Positions 27,134 through 30,836 of a stretch of 30,836 nt of DNA are shown here, piece after piece. The position numbers and the translations under genes were made by a program. Under the pieces are notes generated by a model that saw nothing but the letters and a program-made list of their open reading frames with translations, did not search any database and was not told the origin of the DNA. This stretch comes from Candidatus Zixiibacteriota bacterium (lineage in GTDB: Bacteria; Zixibacteria; MSB-5A5; UBA10806; 4484-95), in NCBI GenBank assembly GCA_029932605.1, contig JAOZPT010000027.1, forward strand, positions 1 to 30,836. Reading direction: 5' to 3'. Numbering within the stretch: the first letter of the stretch is position 1; each line of letters starts with the position of its first letter.

Positions 27134-27625
27134 TCAGGCTATACTAAATTCCCATTTGCACCAGAATTGCCCGTTATATTTATCAGGTGGGCAGTGAAGG
27201 CATTTTGTCTGGATACGCGGGTCAATGGTTTTTGCGAACTCTGAGTATTCGATGATACCCACCTCTTTACAGGGGAATGGTTTCAGGTTTTTTTTATGTC
27301 GGGCGTCCTGTACACGGCAGGTTTTCATTACGAACACGGCATGCTTATCATCGGCCTCTAAAACTTCCTGTTTGTTGAGAAGGCCATATAACCTTTCAGG
27401 TAGAGCTTTAAGGAGCGAATCAATACCACCTCCCGGCTTTAGACCGCATCGATTCATAATCCTTTTTGCCTCAATGGGTGAGAATTTACTCCAAGCCACA
27501 CCGTCGAGTTCAATGGCCACCTCAATTCCATATTTATTCTCGACCGCTTGAAACCATAAACCATCATGTGCTAGCCAGAGCTTGGCAAAATCTGCTAGCT
27601 TGTTCTTTAATCTCTCGTCGTTCAT
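27134..27625 (-). CDS. DUF6125 family protein (V4R/ATC-hydrolase-like, Cys-rich)
   Basis: WLAHDGLWFQAVE..YG, CRVQ.AR, FPCK.VG..EY..FA..IDPRI...C..CPPD, WC.WEF. Confidence 0.78.
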   Translation of the reverse strand: MNDERLKNKLADFAKLWLAHDGLWFQAVENKYGIEVAIELDGVAWSKFSPIEAKRIMNRCGLKPGGGIDSLLKALPERLYGLLNKQEVLEADDKHAVFVMKTCRVQDARHKKNLKPFPCKEVGIIEYSEFAKTIDPRIQTKCLHCPPDKYNGQFWCKWEFSIA

Positions 27626-27733
27626 ACATCACCTTAAGGTTAAAATTTATCAAGTAAATGTCTCTATCCTACTTAAAATCATTTTGATTGTCGTCGGGTC
27701 AGGCGACCTTACAACACCTGAGATATCAAAGCG

Positions 27734-29173
27734 TCACACAATATTTCCTATTCTGTTTAGTACCATCAATCGCATTTCGGTCATGGCCTCGATTGCGTAG
27801 CGGACCCCTTCACGCCCTATACCCGAATCCTTGACACCGCCATAAGGCATGCTATCGACACGAAATGACGGGACATCGTTAATGACGACTCCGCCAACCT
27901 CGATTTCCTCGAAGGCATAGAACGCATGGTGTATATTCCGTGTGAGCACGCCCGCCTGAAGGCCATAGACGCTGTTATTGACCATTTTACAGGCTTCCCT
28001 AAAATCGGAAAACGGCTCTATTGTCACCACCGGACCGAACGCCTCTCTACAGCTGATTTTAAGCGAGGGGTCCACATTTTCAAGGATGGTGGCCTCATAA
28101 CAAACACCGTGCCGTTTACCGCCCACAACAAGCTTCGCCTTATTTTGAAGGGCCTCATTTACCCAGCTTTCTATCCTTATAGCGTCCTGCTCCGTTATAA
28201 GAGGTCCTAAGAATGTATCTTCGTTGAGGGGGTCACCATACTTTAACTTGGCAGCCTCTTTTGCAAGTTTGGATTTTAGTTCACTGTAGATTTTTTCATG
28301 AGCGATAATTCGCTGGACACTGATGCAACTTTGCCCTGATTGGTAGAATGCCCCCATTATTAACCTTTTAACCGCAAGTTCGATATCGGCATCCTCGTCG
28401 ATTATGCAAGCCGCATTTCCACCAAGTTCAAGGACCACACTTTTCTTGCCAGCATTAGCCTTGATTTCCCAGCCAGCCTCGGCAGAACCGGTAAATGACA
28501 GATGTTTTAGCCTGTCATCAGTGGTGAAGAGGTCAGCTTCATGGCGGGAGCAGGGGAGAATACTGAAAGCACCTTCAGGGAGGTTGGTTTCTGCCATTAT
28601 CTCACCTAATATCAGTGCTGATATGGGAGTGTAAGAGGCTGGTTTGACTATGAAGCTGCAGCCAACTGCAATGGCCGGGGCTATTTTATGTGCTGCTAAG
28701 TTGAGGGGAAAATTGAAGGGAACTATGAAACTGCAGGGGCCAACGGGAAAACGTTTGTAAAGCGCCTGGTATCCCTCTGCCCGTGCGGATATATCAAGCG
28801 GTAACACCTCTCCATAGATACGTACTGATTCCTCAGCGGCGATTCGAAATGTGTCGATGGCACGGGTTATCTCGCCATGGGCTTCACGGATGGGTTTACC
28901 GACCTCCACCGAAAGAACATGGGCAAGCTCATCTTCCCGCCTCTTGATTTTCTCGACGATACTGTTTAGAATTTCTTGGCGTTTATATGAGGGTAATTTT
29001 CGTGTCACCTCGAACGATTTTACCGCCAGTCCGATCGCCTTATCTATAGCTTTCCGGTTAGCGTGGGCGACTTTGGCTACAACCTTACCGGTATATTTGT
29101 TTTTAACCTCAAGGTCGGCGTTAGCCATAATCGGCTTGCTACCCAGATAATATGGATATTGGGGTTTTATCAC
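27734..29173 (-). CDS. NAD(P)-dependent aldehyde dehydrogenase (ALDH21/GAPN-like group)
   Basis: PFNFPLNL, KPA, FTGS, LELGGN, GQSCIS (catalytic Cys), EAFGPV, PYGGVKDSG.GREG. Confidence 0.95.
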   Translation of the reverse strand: MIKPQYPYYLGSKPIMANADLEVKNKYTGKVVAKVAHANRKAIDKAIGLAVKSFEVTRKLPSYKRQEILNSIVEKIKRREDELAHVLSVEVGKPIREAHGEITRAIDTFRIAAEESVRIYGEVLPLDISARAEGYQALYKRFPVGPCSFIVPFNFPLNLAAHKIAPAIAVGCSFIVKPASYTPISALILGEIMAETNLPEGAFSILPCSRHEADLFTTDDRLKHLSFTGSAEAGWEIKANAGKKSVVLELGGNAACIIDEDADIELAVKRLIMGAFYQSGQSCISVQRIIAHEKIYSELKSKLAKEAAKLKYGDPLNEDTFLGPLITEQDAIRIESWVNEALQNKAKLVVGGKRHGVCYEATILENVDPSLKISCREAFGPVVTIEPFSDFREACKMVNNSVYGLQAGVLTRNIHHAFYAFEEIEVGGVVINDVPSFRVDSMPYGGVKDSGIGREGVRYAIEAMTEMRLMVLNRIGNIV

Positions 29174-29325
29174 TATTGTCTCCTCGTTAAAAGCGACTTA
29201 CTGAAATCTTTATAGATAATAAACACAGATATAAAACTAATGGAGGTAAAGAAGTTTGTAAACCATAAAATTATAAGATTGTTTAAATGGTAAAATTTTT
29301 TTTATTAATATAATAGGTTTTTGAG

Positions 29326-29334
29326 TGTTATAAT
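29326..29334 (+). promoter_or_regulatory. Extended -10 leaderless promoter for ispE
   Basis: TGnTATAAT ending 6 nt before ATG 29341; no SD. Confidence 0.6.
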
Positions 29335-29340
29335 ATTTAT

Positions 29341-30219
29341 ATGGACAAAATCAATCTGAAAGCTCCGGCCAAGATTAATCTTTTTTTAAAGGTTAAGGAT
29401 AAAAGGCCGGATGGTTATCACAATATCGACAGCCTTATGCAAGCAGTAAGCCTTTATGATGAGCTGACCCTTGAGAAATCCAATGATATCGAACTTTACT
29501 GCACCGGCCTCGATGGTGTTAAGGTTAAGGATAACCTTGCCTATAAATCAGCCAGACTGATAGCGGAAATGTCTTATTTCCCCGGAGTACGGATTACTCT
29601 TAAAAAGAATATTCCAACAGGTGCAGGGTTGGCAGGGGGCTCTTCTGATGCCGCTTTCGTTATCAGGGGATTGATAAAGCTGTATGATCTGTATCTTGAT
29701 AAAGATGAACTTGTCAGGAGGGTTAGCCTTTTAGGAGCTGATATTCCCCTTTTTTTAGGGCGTGGCCAAGCCCGGGTAACAGGTATTGGAGACATAATAG
29801 AGGATTACTTCCTTCCTTTAAATTACGAAGTGCTTGTTGTTAAACCACCATTTTCGGTGAATACCTCGGAGGCTTACCAATGGTTGGAGAATTATAGAGA
29901 AGGTGAACATTTTCCGAAAAATTCCGAGGATTTATTTCTAATGGAGAAAAGATTAACTGGTTCCCGGTTCGTCCATTTTGCAAATCTGTTCTTTAACGAT
30001 TTTGAGGAGGTTGTATTTTCCAGATATCCCCAACTACAGAAGATAAAACAGACACTTAAAAATGAGGGGGCATTTTGCGCTGGAATGGCCGGGTCTGGTT
30101 CAGCGGTTTTCGGGCTATTTCCTATAACATGTGACCTTGAGAAAAAAGCTGGGAAGTTGTTCGATAATCAAATCCGGGTTTTTTTGTGCAAGCCGGTTTT
30201 GTTAGTGCCGGAAAGTTGA
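29341..30219 (+). CDS. ispE: 4-diphosphocytidyl-2-C-methyl-D-erythritol kinase
   Basis: APAKINLFL, RPDGYH, KNIPTGAGLAGGSSDAA, GADIP, NDFE, MAGSGS. Confidence 0.96.
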   Translation: MDKINLKAPAKINLFLKVKDKRPDGYHNIDSLMQAVSLYDELTLEKSNDIELYCTGLDGVKVKDNLAYKSARLIAEMSYFPGVRITLKKNIPTGAGLAGGSSDAAFVIRGLIKLYDLYLDKDELVRRVSLLGADIPLFLGRGQARVTGIGDIIEDYFLPLNYEVLVVKPPFSVNTSEAYQWLENYREGEHFPKNSEDLFLMEKRLTGSRFVHFANLFFNDFEEVVFSRYPQLQKIKQTLKNEGAFCAGMAGSGSAVFGLFPITCDLEKKAGKLFDNQIRVFLCKPVLLVPES

Positions 30220-30528
30220 TATGTCATTATGATAATACCATGATGTTGTTATGACTTTTTATTGACCTCAAAGCCTTGTTTTACCATATAAGAGCCACTT
30301 AATTTTATAGGTATGGACAGTTTTTTACCTGTACTTATATTTCAGGGAATATGTTTTTTAGTTTTATCCTATATTGAAGAAAAAGCCTACCGCAATACAC
30401 TACCGAATAAGAAGTTGACATGCCGAAACAGTTCTATTATTTTTAAATTAGGGCTTAAAGAGAGGCTTACAGAATAATTATTTATTTAAGCTCATTGAAA
30501 ATGTTTAATATATTCAAGGGGTAAAAAA

Positions 30529-30836
30529 ATGAAAAAGTTTATCGTTTTCACGGTTATATTCATTCTCGTTGCCTTTATACCGGTTTCAGCGAGGATAATC
30601 GATGTTCCTGATGATTATCCGACTATTCAGGAGGGTATAGACGCCAGCTACGATGGCGATACGGTGCTGGTTCAACCGGGGACATATGTTGAGAATATTA
30701 ACTTCAACGGGCATAGTATAAGACTTGGCTCGCTGTTTTTGACTACCGGAGATACTTCTTATATATCCTCAACAATCATTGATGGCGACTCATCTGGTTC
30801 GGTTGTAACTTTTGAAAGTGGTGAGGATAGCACTAC
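30529..30836 (+). CDS. Secreted right-handed beta-helix-type protein, N-terminus (runs off the window)
   Basis: MKKFIVFTVIFILVAFIPVSA|RIIDVPDDYPTIQEGIDASYDGDTVLVQPGTYVENINFNG...IIDGDSSGSVVTFESGED; paralog of the 17467 pseudogene. Confidence 0.85.
   Translation, partial: MKKFIVFTVIFILVAFIPVSARIIDVPDDYPTIQEGIDASYDGDTVLVQPGTYVENINFNGHSIRLGSLFLTTGDTSYISSTIIDGDSSGSVVTFESGEDST

Noticed and set aside
27693..27721. REP-like hairpin GTCGGGTCAGG...CCTGA
   Set aside because: Single degenerate copy with only a 5-bp stem; no second copy or RAYT transposase in the window
99..29795. Numerous short antisense or alternate-frame ORFs in the track (e.g. 196-609, 6913-7263, 9241-9609, 11592-12011, 24554-25012, 27225-27551)
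   Set aside because: They lie wholly or mostly within well-supported genes and have no recognisable motifs; treated as shadow ORFs
30220..30528. tRNA-Gln, often found after ispE
   Set aside because: No cloverleaf or T-loop GTTCGA motif visible; the region is AT-rich with a promoter-like TTGACA at ~30415
1..30836. CRISPR array, rRNA, prophage, transposase, retron/RT or defence island
   Set aside because: No regularly spaced repeats or diagnostic protein motifs found by eye

Overview
Chromosomal, AT-rich bacterial window, mostly housekeeping. Secreted proteins with T9SS-A/FlgD-like C-terminal domains plus an IPTL-CTERM protein suggest an FCB-group organism, possibly candidate division Zixibacteria (inference). 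Gene order: glnA 3' end + GNAT; DUF2934-like protein; an asnA pseudogene broken into pieces around an intact short asparaginase; GH57; secreted beta-propeller/CTD protein; DAACS symporter; a coupled gatA-gatB-purN-Omp85-GT39-purC-purH run with no gatC; a deleted secreted-protein pseudogene; GNAT; D-cysteine desulfhydrase; an orphan 206-aa gene behind a sigma54-like promoter; IPTL-CTERM protein; recX; feoA-feoB-small Cys-rich protein-DtxR with a candidate operator; TIGR04076/DUF6125/ALDH; ispE; and the start of another secreted protein. I saw no rRNA, tRNA, CRISPR, transposase, integrase or phage genes, and no clear-cut new multi-gene system. The best leads are the asnA-to-asparaginase replacement, a candidate small RNA with an anti-SD loop downstream of the iron operon, two sigma54-like promoters sharing a candidate enhancer palindrome, recurring leaderless promoters, and a GlnA lacking the adenylylation Tyr that is coupled to a GNAT. 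All family calls come from motif recognition by eye, not from database searches.
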